Source: Pseudomonadota bacterium
GTDB lineage: Bacteria > Desulfobacterota > Desulfobacteria > Desulfobacterales > JBDRRP01
Reading direction: 5' to 3'
Length of the DNA stretch: 64,000 nt
NCBI GenBank assembly: GCA_043825735.1
Contig: JBDRRP010000107.1
Coordinates: forward strand, 62,001 to 126,000
Part shown: positions 1-9,826 of the stretch, piece after piece
How positions within the stretch are numbered: the stretch's first letter is position 1
How the letters are laid out: every line of letters begins with the position of its first letter
The notes under the pieces: generated by a model
Told to the model about the DNA's origin: nothing
The model's database searches: none
The model's input: only the letters and a program-made list of their open reading frames with translations
Made by a program: the position numbers and the translations under genes

Positions 1-80
1 CGTATTTGTTGTCATTTCGAGCTAACCTCCGTGTAAAATATGTGATCGCAGCCGGTTTCCCCCCCTGGAGTCCGGCTGGG

Positions 81-656
81 TCATCCGGCGCTGCCCCCGT
101 GTTCCTTCTGGCATTCCTTCATCGCGTGAAAAACCGCTGCAAAAACATCCGTGAGTCGGAGGATGCCGGTAATCTTGTCACCCCGGGCGACCAGCAGAGA
201 CTGGTGATGGCCCATGACCAGTTGATGAACGGCCTGGTCCAGGGACGCGCCTTCCTCCACGTACTCGCCTTCTGACGGGGTGTACATGATGTTTCGGGCT
301 CTGGTTTGAAGGGCTTTGCGGCACAAGTCCATCAGCGGTGTCGACCACATGCCATAGCTCTTGATCAAGGATACCGTGAATTCTTTGGAAAAGCCGAAGT
401 TGTGCATCCCTTTCTGACCGGCCATTTCAGCGTATTTGGGTTCGAGCGCCTTGAGCACGTCCAGTTGGCTGATCTTGCCGACCACGCGGCCGTCTGCATT
501 CAGTACCAGGATGGCCCGGTGCCGATAACGGGTGTGATCGAATTCCTCCTGGGCCTTTTCCAGTGTGGAGACGGCTTCGAAAAGTGTGGCGTCTTCATGC
601 ACCGTTGCGTATTCCGACAACGGCACCATCAGGTCTTTAACGATAAATGTCTGCAC
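81..656 (-). CDS. CBS-domain pair protein
   Basis: 191 aa; two CBS-like repeats (VKDLMVP...ATLFEAV...GRVVGKISQLDVL and ASLDQAVHQL...ITGILRLTDVF); AGGAGG SD upstream. Confidence 0.85.
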   Translation of the reverse strand: MQTFIVKDLMVPLSEYATVHEDATLFEAVSTLEKAQEEFDHTRYRHRAILVLNADGRVVGKISQLDVLKALEPKYAEMAGQKGMHNFGFSKEFTVSLIKSYGMWSTPLMDLCRKALQTRARNIMYTPSEGEYVEEGASLDQAVHQLVMGHHQSLLVARGDKITGILRLTDVFAAVFHAMKECQKEHGGSAG

Positions 657-967
657 TCTGCCTCCTTCTTGCCAAATGATCGTTTCGTTTTCACAGACGG
701 TTTATGGTTTCCCGGGGCACCGCCGGGATAGATTCGCTCTCAATAAAAAAAGCGGTGCCGGTCAGGGTCGGCAATCTCAGTATTGCGCCGGCCAATGGCC
801 CCACCGCTTCATGTTACATAATGGATGGCCTTTTCCTGTGGATATGGTCCTCCATGAAAGGCGAAATCATTATCATGGGAGAATTCAAATAGCAACGCGT
901 GAAGGCGAAAAACACCTTAGTTTATTGCTTTTTATCACTTTGGGCTGTTAAAAACTCTAGTGAGCAC

Positions 968-1747
968 TCAGCTCAAAACGCGATTTTCGAGCCAGTCGAA
1001 AACGGCGCGGCCCTGGGCGGCGGGATCTGATTTACCGGTCATCGCGGCGACGGCCTCCTCCCGCTGCGTCGCGTCGTTAAGGCGCACGGTCGAGTCAACC
1101 AGCCTGAGGGCATTGTCGATGCGGCTGAAGGCGACCAGCGGGCCGAAGGCGACCGGGGCGTCGCCGATGCGCCCGGTCTGGCCGGTGATGTCGTGGTGGG
1201 GCACCTGGAGCGCTTTGGGCGGCGCGGTGAACCCCAGTATTTCGCTGAACAGCGCCAAGGCGTCGGTGACGCCTTCGGTGTAGCCGTTTTCCAATGAGCG
1301 TGCCCCTATGGCGGCAATCTCATGGATGTCGGCCGGTTTCCAGTCGAGGTTCAGATCGGCCAGGCAGGTTTCCTGCACCCGCCGGACCGTGTCGGCCTGA
1401 CGGCTCGTCACGACATCGGTGTCCACCAGGATTTTTCGGATATTGCGCAGGTTGACCATCTCCTTGACCGTGGGGCTTTTGCGCATTTCTACATCTTCCA
1501 CCGAGGTGTGGTACAGGGGCAGGTCGTTGTCGAGCACCAGCACCTCATGACGGGTGGCGTCCCCGTCGGGCACGTAAAGGTCATTGTCTCGCCGGCGCAG
1601 GCGCTGGTAGCCGGCCATCTCAAGAAGGGCGATCATGTTTTCGCGGTCCACATGGCGTTCGCTGCCCGGCGGGCGCAGGGAGGTGATGACGGCGGCCGCC
1701 ATTTTGTCGATAGCCATTTTTTTGCGCAGATTGTCGATGAAGCTCAT
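968..1747 (-). CDS. hypothetical protein
   Basis: Long ORF with GC-rich codon pattern; start placed at MSFIDNLRKK (AAGGA SD upstream); no family recognised. Confidence 0.7.
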   Translation of the reverse strand: MSFIDNLRKKMAIDKMAAAVITSLRPPGSERHVDRENMIALLEMAGYQRLRRRDNDLYVPDGDATRHEVLVLDNDLPLYHTSVEDVEMRKSPTVKEMVNLRNIRKILVDTDVVTSRQADTVRRVQETCLADLNLDWKPADIHEIAAIGARSLENGYTEGVTDALALFSEILGFTAPPKALQVPHHDITGQTGRIGDAPVAFGPLVAFSRIDNALRLVDSTVRLNDATQREEAVAAMTGKSDPAAQGRAVFDWLENRVLS

Positions 1748-2344
1748 TGGGGGTATCCTTGATGACAATGGGGCAGGGAAATTTTGATTTCAGGCGCCTG
1801 TTCCATGATGCGCCGCATACCGCGGCGGGTCTGGATATACATCGCCCATTGTGTATGGCATGAAAGCGTCTCCTTGTGCCTATCATAACGGTTGTGGCGG
1901 GCGAGGGCAACCATGGGCACCAAGTCTATGGCAATCTTGACGCCGCCGGGGTTTTTGGCTATAGCTCCGTGACAATGCACTCCCGGCATGGTGGCGCCTG
2001 GATGAATGCTCGTTGTTTCTTGACTACTGCGCTTCTCGCAGGGCCTGAACGAAAGCGGTTGTTGCCGGCGCCACAATTTTTAGTTGCGGCCGATGGCCGT
2101 AATTTAAAGCCGCCTGATTCGCAGGTGGGCGTTCATTCCAGCGGGTTGCTTGCTTATCGACGCCCGTCACATTCCTTCCGAAGCAGTGAAGAACGGTCAC
2201 TTCCCGGCGAACTGAGGACGGTAGACGACTATTTCATGGGGTGTGCCCCAAAAGGGGCGCCTGTGGTGGGGTGCGGCGTAGAGCAGCGTGCCTGGCGCCT
2301 GAATCTACCAATCCCGGATGGACACAAGATATGGAGAGGATGCT

Positions 2345-3625
2345 ATGTCAGAGACGTTGAAAATCGAATACAACGGGAAAACTTTTGAGTTGCCGGTCAT
2401 TACCGGTTCGGAAGGCGAGAAAGCCGTCGATATCTCCCGCCTTCGGCAGGAGACCGGATTTATCACCTACGACCCGGGATATGCCAATACCGGCTCGTGC
2501 AAGAGCACCATTACCTTTATGGATGGCGAAAAAGGCATCCTGCGCTACCGGGGCATCCCGGTGGAACAGCTTGCCAAGCACTCCAGCTTTGTCGAAACCA
2601 CTTACCTGCTGATTCACGGCCTGCTGCCCAAACGCCGGGAGCTCAACCACTTTTCAGTGCTGCTTAACGACCACAGCCTGGTCCACGAGGACATGCGGGA
2701 TTTTTTTCAGAACTTCCCCCGCGCCTCTCACCCGATGGCGGTGCTCTCGTCCATGGTCAATGCGCTGCGCAGCTTCTATCCGGAGCTGCATACGCTGGAG
2801 GAGGAAATGGACATGACCGTCACCCGCCTGCTGTCCAAGGTGCGGACCATGGCGGCGTTGTCTTACAAAATTTCCCGGGGCCACAAAGTGGTATACCCAC
2901 GGCCGGACCTTTCCTACTGTGCCAATTTTCTCAACATGATGTTCGACACCCCGGTGCGCCCTTACGTCATCGACAACGATTTGACCAAGGCACTGAACGT
3001 GTTCTGGATCCTGCACGCGGACCACGAGCAGAACTGCTCCACGAGCGCCGTCCGGCTGGTGGGCAGCGGCCGGGTGACCCTCTACGCCGCCATCTCCGCA
3101 GGTATTGCCGCGCTGTGGGGCCCTTTGCACGGAGGGGCCAACCAGGCCGTTGTGGAGATGCTCCAGCGTCTGGCTGACAGTGGCGAGTCCGTCGAAAGCC
3201 TTGTAGCGCGGGCCAAGGACAAAAACGACCCGTTCCGGCTCATGGGCTTCGGGCACCGGGTGTACAGAACTTACGACCCCCGGGCGCGGATCATGAAAGC
3301 GGTCTGCGATACGGTGATAGAAAAACTCAACATCAAAGATCCGTTGCTGGATCTGGCAAAGGCGCTGGAGGAAGTGGCGCTGGAAGATGCCTACTTCATC
3401 GACCACCATCTCTATCCAAACGTCGATTTTTACAGCGGCATCGTGCTGCGGGCGCTGGGCATTCCCACCAACATGTTTCCGGTGATGTTTGCCATCGGCC
3501 GGCTGCCCGGGTGGATTGCCCAGTGGAAGGAGAGCATGGACGACCCTGAGTGGCGCCTGTGTCGGCCGCGCCAGGTCTACATCGGCCCGCCCGAGCGCAA
3601 CTATATCGATATCGACGAGCGGTAA
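2345..3625 (+). CDS. gltA: citrate synthase (type II-like)
   Basis: Motifs DPGYANTGSCKS, HADHEQNCSTS, GPLHGGAN, LMGFGHRVY, YPNVDFYSG. Confidence 0.97.
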   Translation: MSETLKIEYNGKTFELPVITGSEGEKAVDISRLRQETGFITYDPGYANTGSCKSTITFMDGEKGILRYRGIPVEQLAKHSSFVETTYLLIHGLLPKRRELNHFSVLLNDHSLVHEDMRDFFQNFPRASHPMAVLSSMVNALRSFYPELHTLEEEMDMTVTRLLSKVRTMAALSYKISRGHKVVYPRPDLSYCANFLNMMFDTPVRPYVIDNDLTKALNVFWILHADHEQNCSTSAVRLVGSGRVTLYAAISAGIAALWGPLHGGANQAVVEMLQRLADSGESVESLVARAKDKNDPFRLMGFGHRVYRTYDPRARIMKAVCDTVIEKLNIKDPLLDLAKALEEVALEDAYFIDHHLYPNVDFYSGIVLRALGIPTNMFPVMFAIGRLPGWIAQWKESMDDPEWRLCRPRQVYIGPPERNYIDIDER

Positions 3626-3747
3626 CGCTAACCGGTTTTGGACAAAGTGTGGTATTGGGAGCGCTGCCGTTTTGTTTTCGACGACAGATACCGCGGCTCA
3701 CCCAATCGAGGCCGCGCTGCTGGAGATTGCACAGAAGGTGCAACGCT

Positions 3748-6636
3748 ATGAATGATGCCACACCGCTGTACAACAGCCGGGTGATCAAGATCTGGGTAGA
3801 ATACCTGCAGAAGCGCCATCCGGATGTCGATTGCGATCAGATCCTCAGAGATGCCGGGATGACACCCCAGGAGGTCGAGGATCCGGGCCATTGGTTTACG
3901 CAGGCGCAGACGGACCGTTTCCACGAACGCGTCCGAGAGCGGACCGGCGATGCCCTGATTGCCAGAAAGACCGGTCGCTATCTGCCTTTCTGCCAAAGCG
4001 CCCGCTACATGAATCAGTTTGTCATAGGGTTTTTGAGCCCAAAATTCGTCTATTTGCGCCTCAGCAAGGTATCCTCACACTTGACGCGCGGTGCGGTGGT
4101 CTCCACCCGGCAGGTTGCCCGAAACACGGTCGAGATCGTTTCGGTTCCGGCATCGTTTGTCTCCGAAAAACCCTACCAGTGCGAGAACCGGACCGGGATG
4201 TTCGAAGCCATCCCCCAGTTTTTCAATGGGAGCCCGGCAACGGTGTCTCATCCTGAATGCGTGCACCGCGGTGATGACCGGTGCCGCTACGAGATTTCCT
4301 GGAAACCGTCAGAGACCGCCACGATGCGGCGCGCGCGCAGCCTCATCGCGCTTTTCGGGTTGATGGCGTGCTTTTTCTCCTTTTTTGTCCTTTCCTTCAG
4401 CCACTGGCTTCTGGCCGTATTGTCCTATGGGGTGGTGACCATGGGCATCGGAGCCATCGTCAGCGATAAGGAAAACCGACGGTTGGCCCGTGCGCTGCAT
4501 GCGCAGAGTGATCAGGCCAGCACCTACATGGAGGAGATGAATCTGCAGTATAATAAGGCCCTGCTCATTCAGGAGATCGGTGAGGCGACGGCCAATATTT
4601 TAGAGCAGGGCGAGCTGATCGCTGCGGTGACTCAGGCCATGCGAAAAGGACTCGATTTTGACCGGGGCCTCATCATGCTGGCGAACGAAACCCGCACGCG
4701 CCTGTGCTTTGCCGGAGGGTATGGATACGATGATGCCTTAAAAGAGGTGGTCATTGGGGCCGAATTCAAGCTGGGCAACCCGGATTCCAAGGGGGCTTTT
4801 GTCAAGGCATTTGAAAAGCAGGAAGCCTCTCTGATCGAAGACATCAAGGCGGTCGCCGGCGATTTGTCCACCCGCAGCCGCACGTTTGCCGGGCTCATCG
4901 GGACGCAATCGCTGATCTGTGTGCCCATCGTATACAAAAAAAGATCCCTGGGCGTGCTGGCCGTGGACAACGTGAAAAGCAGGCGACCGCTGCGGCAAAG
5001 CGATGTCAGCATCCTGAGCGGGATCGCCGCTCAGATTGCCGTGGGCCTTATTAATACACATGCCATCCAAGTTGTCATTGAAAGCGAGAAGAAGTACCGG
5101 GAACTGGTGGAGAACGCCAACAGCATCATCCTGCGCCGAAGACCCGACGGGACGATCACATTTTTCAATGAATTTGCCCAGCGTCGGTTCGGCTACCGCG
5201 CAGACGATATCATTGGAAAGAACATTTTCGGAATCCTTTTGCCGGATACGATAGCGGAACGCAAGTCACTCGATGCGCTGATTTCAGAGCTGCATGAGAC
5301 GCCCGACAAGCATATCGTCAAGGAGACCCAGACACGTCTTTCCACAGGTGAATCCATATGGATCGCATGGACGCACCGACCGATTCTGTCCGCAGACGGC
5401 AGTATTCACGAAATTCTTTGCATCGGGACGGACATCACCCAGTTGAAGCACGCCCAAACTGAGAAAAAAGAACTCGTGGCCAGCCTGCACCGGGCCCAGA
5501 AAATGGAAGCACTCGGCACCTTGGCCGGTGGGGTGGCTCACGATCTGAACAACGTGTTGGCCGGTGTGGTCAGCTATCCCGATCTGCTCATGCTGCAACT
5601 GCCGGAAGACAGCCCGCTGCGCAAACCGGTGGCCACCATCAAGCGCTCTGGTGAAAAAGCGGCGGCCATCGTCCAGGACCTCTTGACGCTGGCCCGCAGA
5701 GGGGTGGCTGTGGCCGACATTATCAACCTCAACGACATCGTCACCGATTACCTGAAAAGCCCCGAGCATACTGCCCTGAAGCGCTGGCATCCGGACGTCG
5801 CCTTCCGGGTTGAGATCGACCACACGCTGTATAACATTACGGGCAGTACGGTTCACTTGTCCAAAACGCTGATGAATCTGATGTCCAATGCGGCGGAAGC
5901 CATGGAAGCGGGGGGCGAGGTGGTTGTCAAAACAATGAATCGTTATGTGGATCGGCCGCTTCGTGGGTATGACGAAGTAGAGGAAGGCAACTATAGCGCG
6001 CTTGTGGTGAGCGATACGGGCGTGGGAATCACGGCGGAAGATCTGGACCGGATTTTTGAGCCGTTTTACACCAAGAAAAAAATGGGACGCAGCGGTACCG
6101 GGCTGGGGATGGCCGTCGTGTGGGGGACCGTCAAGGACCACAACGGCTATATCGATATCGACAGCCGGGTGGGCGGCGGCACGACCTTTACACTTTTTTT
6201 CCCTGCGACGCGCCGGGAACTGTCGGCCATACAGGAAGATGCCTTGCGGCTCGAGTCCCTCCGGGGAGATGGGCAAACGATCCTGGTCATCGATGACATG
6301 AAGGACCAGCAGGAGGTCGCAAGGAACGTACTGGAGTGCCTGGGATATGTCGTTGCCACGGCAGACAGCGGTGAACAGGCGCTCGATTATCTTCGCCGCC
6401 ATAGTGCGGATCTGCTGATACTCGACATGATCATGGACTCGGGCATGGATGGGCTGGAAACGTTTACGCGGGTGCGCAGCATCGTTCCTGACCAGAAAGC
6501 GGTAATTGTCAGCGGATTTGCCGAGACAGACAAAGTCCGGAAGGTGCAGGCGCTGGGGGCCGGTGTGTACGTGAAAAAACCGTATTCGGTTGAAACGATC
6601 GGACTGGCCATCCGCAATGCACTTTCACAAAGGTAA
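3748..6636 (+). CDS. hybrid sensor histidine kinase (N-terminal V4R/H-NOX-like ligand domain, 2 TM, GAF, PAS, HisKA, HATPase, REC)
   Basis: H-box AGGVAHDLNN, G-boxes DTGVGI / GTGLGMAVV, REC domain LLILDMIM...KPY; N-terminal YQCENRTG...HPECVHRGDDRCRYEISW resembles V4R; hydrophobic stretch before the GAF domain. Confidence 0.9.
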   Translation: MNDATPLYNSRVIKIWVEYLQKRHPDVDCDQILRDAGMTPQEVEDPGHWFTQAQTDRFHERVRERTGDALIARKTGRYLPFCQSARYMNQFVIGFLSPKFVYLRLSKVSSHLTRGAVVSTRQVARNTVEIVSVPASFVSEKPYQCENRTGMFEAIPQFFNGSPATVSHPECVHRGDDRCRYEISWKPSETATMRRARSLIALFGLMACFFSFFVLSFSHWLLAVLSYGVVTMGIGAIVSDKENRRLARALHAQSDQASTYMEEMNLQYNKALLIQEIGEATANILEQGELIAAVTQAMRKGLDFDRGLIMLANETRTRLCFAGGYGYDDALKEVVIGAEFKLGNPDSKGAFVKAFEKQEASLIEDIKAVAGDLSTRSRTFAGLIGTQSLICVPIVYKKRSLGVLAVDNVKSRRPLRQSDVSILSGIAAQIAVGLINTHAIQVVIESEKKYRELVENANSIILRRRPDGTITFFNEFAQRRFGYRADDIIGKNIFGILLPDTIAERKSLDALISELHETPDKHIVKETQTRLSTGESIWIAWTHRPILSADGSIHEILCIGTDITQLKHAQTEKKELVASLHRAQKMEALGTLAGGVAHDLNNVLAGVVSYPDLLMLQLPEDSPLRKPVATIKRSGEKAAAIVQDLLTLARRGVAVADIINLNDIVTDYLKSPEHTALKRWHPDVAFRVEIDHTLYNITGSTVHLSKTLMNLMSNAAEAMEAGGEVVVKTMNRYVDRPLRGYDEVEEGNYSALVVSDTGVGITAEDLDRIFEPFYTKKKMGRSGTGLGMAVVWGTVKDHNGYIDIDSRVGGGTTFTLFFPATRRELSAIQEDALRLESLRGDGQTILVIDDMKDQQEVARNVLECLGYVVATADSGEQALDYLRRHSADLLILDMIMDSGMDGLETFTRVRSIVPDQKAVIVSGFAETDKVRKVQALGAGVYVKKPYSVETIGLAIRNALSQR

Positions 6637-6709
6637 CGGCATGAGCGGTGAAGCACCACGAGGGCCGCGTGCCGCCGGCTTTTTTGCCTGAACGGGTATC
6701 CGCAAAACC

Positions 6710-8794
6710 ATGTCACCTGCCAGCGTCCGGAACGGTTTTTGGGGTGTGCCGCATCTCGATGTGCCGGCATCTGAGATCGCCCGGGGCTCACCAATCAGTA
6801 GAAAACACCTGATCAATATCCTGAATTTCATCCATTTCACCGATGGCAGCCTCACCGCCGTTTACCGGCATTCGGTAGACCAATATGCGATGGCGGTTCG
6901 TGTTCGGCCCCTGCCGTGCACCGGTGTCGACGTCATTTGCCGTTGGGCGGTGCCCGATGCCGGCCTTGAAGACGTCGACCCGTTTTATCTGGATTATTTG
7001 CTGGTGTCCGACGACGTCCACAGACTGTGGGTCAAACCGGAAACGGTCGAGACCAGCGCCGAGGGGCTTCGGCTCCGACTGCCTGAAAATGGCATTCGAT
7101 TGGCGCCGTCCCCGTGCGTCTGGTGCAGGAACCCGCTGTTGCGCGCTACGGTTTTTCTAAACGGCATCTCATTTCCGGGGCGCCTTCTGAATTACACGGC
7201 CGATGCCTTCCGGATCGATATCGACTTTGCCTTGTCGCAGAACGCCCACTGGATCCGTTTGGATGCGATGGCTTATGTGGTACTGTCCGACGAAAAAGAC
7301 ACCTACTACTCTGGAGCATGCCGGATTGACGGCGAACTGCCTTCCGGAAGGTCCAGTCAGTTGCTGCTTACGGTGATCGCCGATGGCGGCGGTCGATTCA
7401 AGCCGAAGATCTATCGCAGCAAAAGGGTCACCCTGCATCCGGCGCCGGACGCCGTTTTTCAGCATCCGCTGAGCTTGCGTGACTACGTGCTGAGGGTCGA
7501 GGACCTCTCTGGTTCCGGGTTTTCCGTGGTTATGGACGCAGGGCTGGAGGAGTTGTTTGTCGGATTGATTATCCCCGGCATCCGGCTGGATGTCTCCGGT
7601 GAATGCCTGGTACGGTGCAAGGGGCAGGTCGTCAATACCTGCTGCACCGTTCGCGAGGGGGCGGGGCACCAGGTACGGTTCGGAATTGCCATCCTGGACA
7701 TCGATGTCCAGGAGCATATGCAGCTGCAGAAAGTGGTCCAGCAGGCCGGAAATCCCAATGCCTATATGAACGGCCGCCTCGACCTTAATGCGCTATGGCG
7801 TTTTTTCTTCGAGAGCGGCTTTATTTATCCGGAGAAGTATAGCGCGTTGGCAGACCGGAAACACCAGATCAAAAAGATCTACGATGCGCTGTATCTGGGG
7901 CAGCCGAATTTTGCCCGCCATTTTATCTACCAAAAGGACGGGGCAATCCTTGGACATGGCGCTTTACTGCGTTCCTATGCGAACGCCTGGATGATTCATC
8001 ACCATGCGGCGCTCCTGGCCCATTCTACACGCGCCGGGTTGTCCATTCTCGACCAGATCGGCCAGTTCATCAATGAATCCCATAAATTGACCGCCATGCA
8101 CATGGACTACATATTTATGTTTTACCGCCCGGACAATAAATTTCCCCACCGGGTTTTCGGCGAGTCGGCGCGCCATGCGGGCGATCCGTCGAAAAGTTCC
8201 CTGGATCAATTCGCCTATGGACATTTTTCCCAGAGGGATACCGGGTCGCGAAACTTGCCGCAGGGCTGGGAGCTCGTTGATGCGCATTTGGACGATCTGC
8301 TCTCTCTGAAGGTTTTCTATGATAGCCGCTCCGGCGGTTTGATGATAAGCGCCTTCGATCTGATGCCTGATGGAGAAGGCTTTGACGAATTGTCGATGGA
8401 GTATGGCAGGATCGGACTCACGCGCCGGCGGCAGCTGTTTGCGCTCAGAAGAGAATCCCGGCTTAAAGTGTTCTTCGAGGTCAACCTGGCGGATAACGGC
8501 ATGAACATGTCGGATCTGATGAACTGCGTCAGGTCTTTTCTCGTCGATACTGACGACTTGAACACGGAAATTCTGGCGGCGGCACTGGCCCGCCTGGCGG
8601 ATCACTTTGTGGGCGGCAAGATGCCGGTGATGGCGTTTCCGGCTGAAGCATCGGCTCTGCTGCCGTTCACTGGATCGCGCCGTTACGTGCTTTGGATCAT
8701 GAATCTGCAGCATACCGACACGTATTTTGCTTTTGTGCATCGTCTCGCCCGGTTTTTGGGGCCCGCGGAGCGGCATCCGGCGACGGGGTCATGA
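6710..8794 (+). CDS. PilZ-domain protein with C-terminal GNAT-like region
   Basis: PilZ motifs RSKR and DLSGSGF; C-terminal LWRFFFESGFIYPEKY...HFIYQKDGAILGH...WMIHHHAA looks acyltransferase-like (inference). Confidence 0.7.
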   Translation: MSPASVRNGFWGVPHLDVPASEIARGSPISRKHLINILNFIHFTDGSLTAVYRHSVDQYAMAVRVRPLPCTGVDVICRWAVPDAGLEDVDPFYLDYLLVSDDVHRLWVKPETVETSAEGLRLRLPENGIRLAPSPCVWCRNPLLRATVFLNGISFPGRLLNYTADAFRIDIDFALSQNAHWIRLDAMAYVVLSDEKDTYYSGACRIDGELPSGRSSQLLLTVIADGGGRFKPKIYRSKRVTLHPAPDAVFQHPLSLRDYVLRVEDLSGSGFSVVMDAGLEELFVGLIIPGIRLDVSGECLVRCKGQVVNTCCTVREGAGHQVRFGIAILDIDVQEHMQLQKVVQQAGNPNAYMNGRLDLNALWRFFFESGFIYPEKYSALADRKHQIKKIYDALYLGQPNFARHFIYQKDGAILGHGALLRSYANAWMIHHHAALLAHSTRAGLSILDQIGQFINESHKLTAMHMDYIFMFYRPDNKFPHRVFGESARHAGDPSKSSLDQFAYGHFSQRDTGSRNLPQGWELVDAHLDDLLSLKVFYDSRSGGLMISAFDLMPDGEGFDELSMEYGRIGLTRRRQLFALRRESRLKVFFEVNLADNGMNMSDLMNCVRSFLVDTDDLNTEILAAALARLADHFVGGKMPVMAFPAEASALLPFTGSRRYVLWIMNLQHTDTYFAFVHRLARFLGPAERHPATGS

Positions 8795-9604
8795 CGGTTT
8801 CGGTTTTCTCCCCCGGCAGGCGATCATCGGTGTGTATGCGAAACGGGCTTCGTCGGAGAAGGATCGGGTGAAGTCCTTGAAGAATTCATCATACCCGCCG
8901 GGGTATTCCGCCTCGAACGGGTAGCCGGACTGCCTTGCCGCGACTTCGATCTTCTTGCGCCAGTTGAATGCTTCTGCATCGTTCAGGGGGCCGAATATCA
9001 AGTGGCGGGCGCTCAGGTGCACATCGATGTCCGTATATTTCATGTCGTAAAGATACCGGTAGAGTTTACGCCCCGCATACGGGTCGAAATCCGTATGCTT
9101 CGTCAGGGTGCGCATGACCCCTTCTATGGTTCGGGTCAGTCGCTCAGAAAACCCGTAGTGGCACAAGCAGTTGTTGTCGAGGTCGATGAGGCACAAAATG
9201 CCACCGGGGCGCAGAAGGGTCGACAGATTCTCAATGATAGCGCGACTGGTGGACCCGAAGTATTCCAATATGAAGCGGACCCAGATGAAATCGAATGTGC
9301 CGATATCTTCGATTGGCGTCACGAAATCGCGGTGGACAAACCGGAGACCGGCCCCCCCATAATGCTTTCGGGCATATGCGATACGATCAGCGGAGATGTC
9401 GATGCCCACCGCCTCACCGGTCGGCCCTGTGATTTTGTGGAGCTCGGCGGTCGTCTTTCCCGTACCGCAACCGATATCCGCTGCTCGGTGGCCGGGCGCC
9501 AAACCCGCCCATTGAGCCTGCCGGATGACCACCTGGCTGTCAGTCTTCAGCTCCAAGCGTTCAATTTCGTCCTCATTTTCCATAATATATCGGTTGGTAG
9601 CCAT
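8789..9604 (-). CDS. class I SAM-dependent methyltransferase
   Basis: Motif I ADIGCGTG, VGIDIS, FDFIWVRF, LRPGG. Confidence 0.92.
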   Translation of the reverse strand: MATNRYIMENEDEIERLELKTDSQVVIRQAQWAGLAPGHRAADIGCGTGKTTAELHKITGPTGEAVGIDISADRIAYARKHYGGAGLRFVHRDFVTPIEDIGTFDFIWVRFILEYFGSTSRAIIENLSTLLRPGGILCLIDLDNNCLCHYGFSERLTRTIEGVMRTLTKHTDFDPYAGRKLYRYLYDMKYTDIDVHLSARHLIFGPLNDAEAFNWRKKIEVAARQSGYPFEAEYPGGYDEFFKDFTRSFSDEARFAYTPMIACRGRKPKPS

Positions 9605-9826
9605 TGCGCCTGCGCTGTTATGGGTTTCTGTGAGAACTTCTCCAAAGCACAGAAACCCCACGAGGGCAACGACAATCGGGCTCCGTGATCCGTCCACCGG
9701 CGCTCTGCGGGTTTGGGTTTTTTGTGATTGCGGGAGCGGCCCTGCGGATTTGACATCCCATCCAAATGGGCATAAAAATACCCTCCTTCTTTCTGCTCAT
9801 GGTGCCGGTTCACCAACGGAGGTGTT

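Noticed and set aside
1790..1792. In-frame TGA upstream of 968-1747 read as Sec
   Set aside because: No SECIS-like hairpin, no redox motif, and the downstream gene has its own SD.
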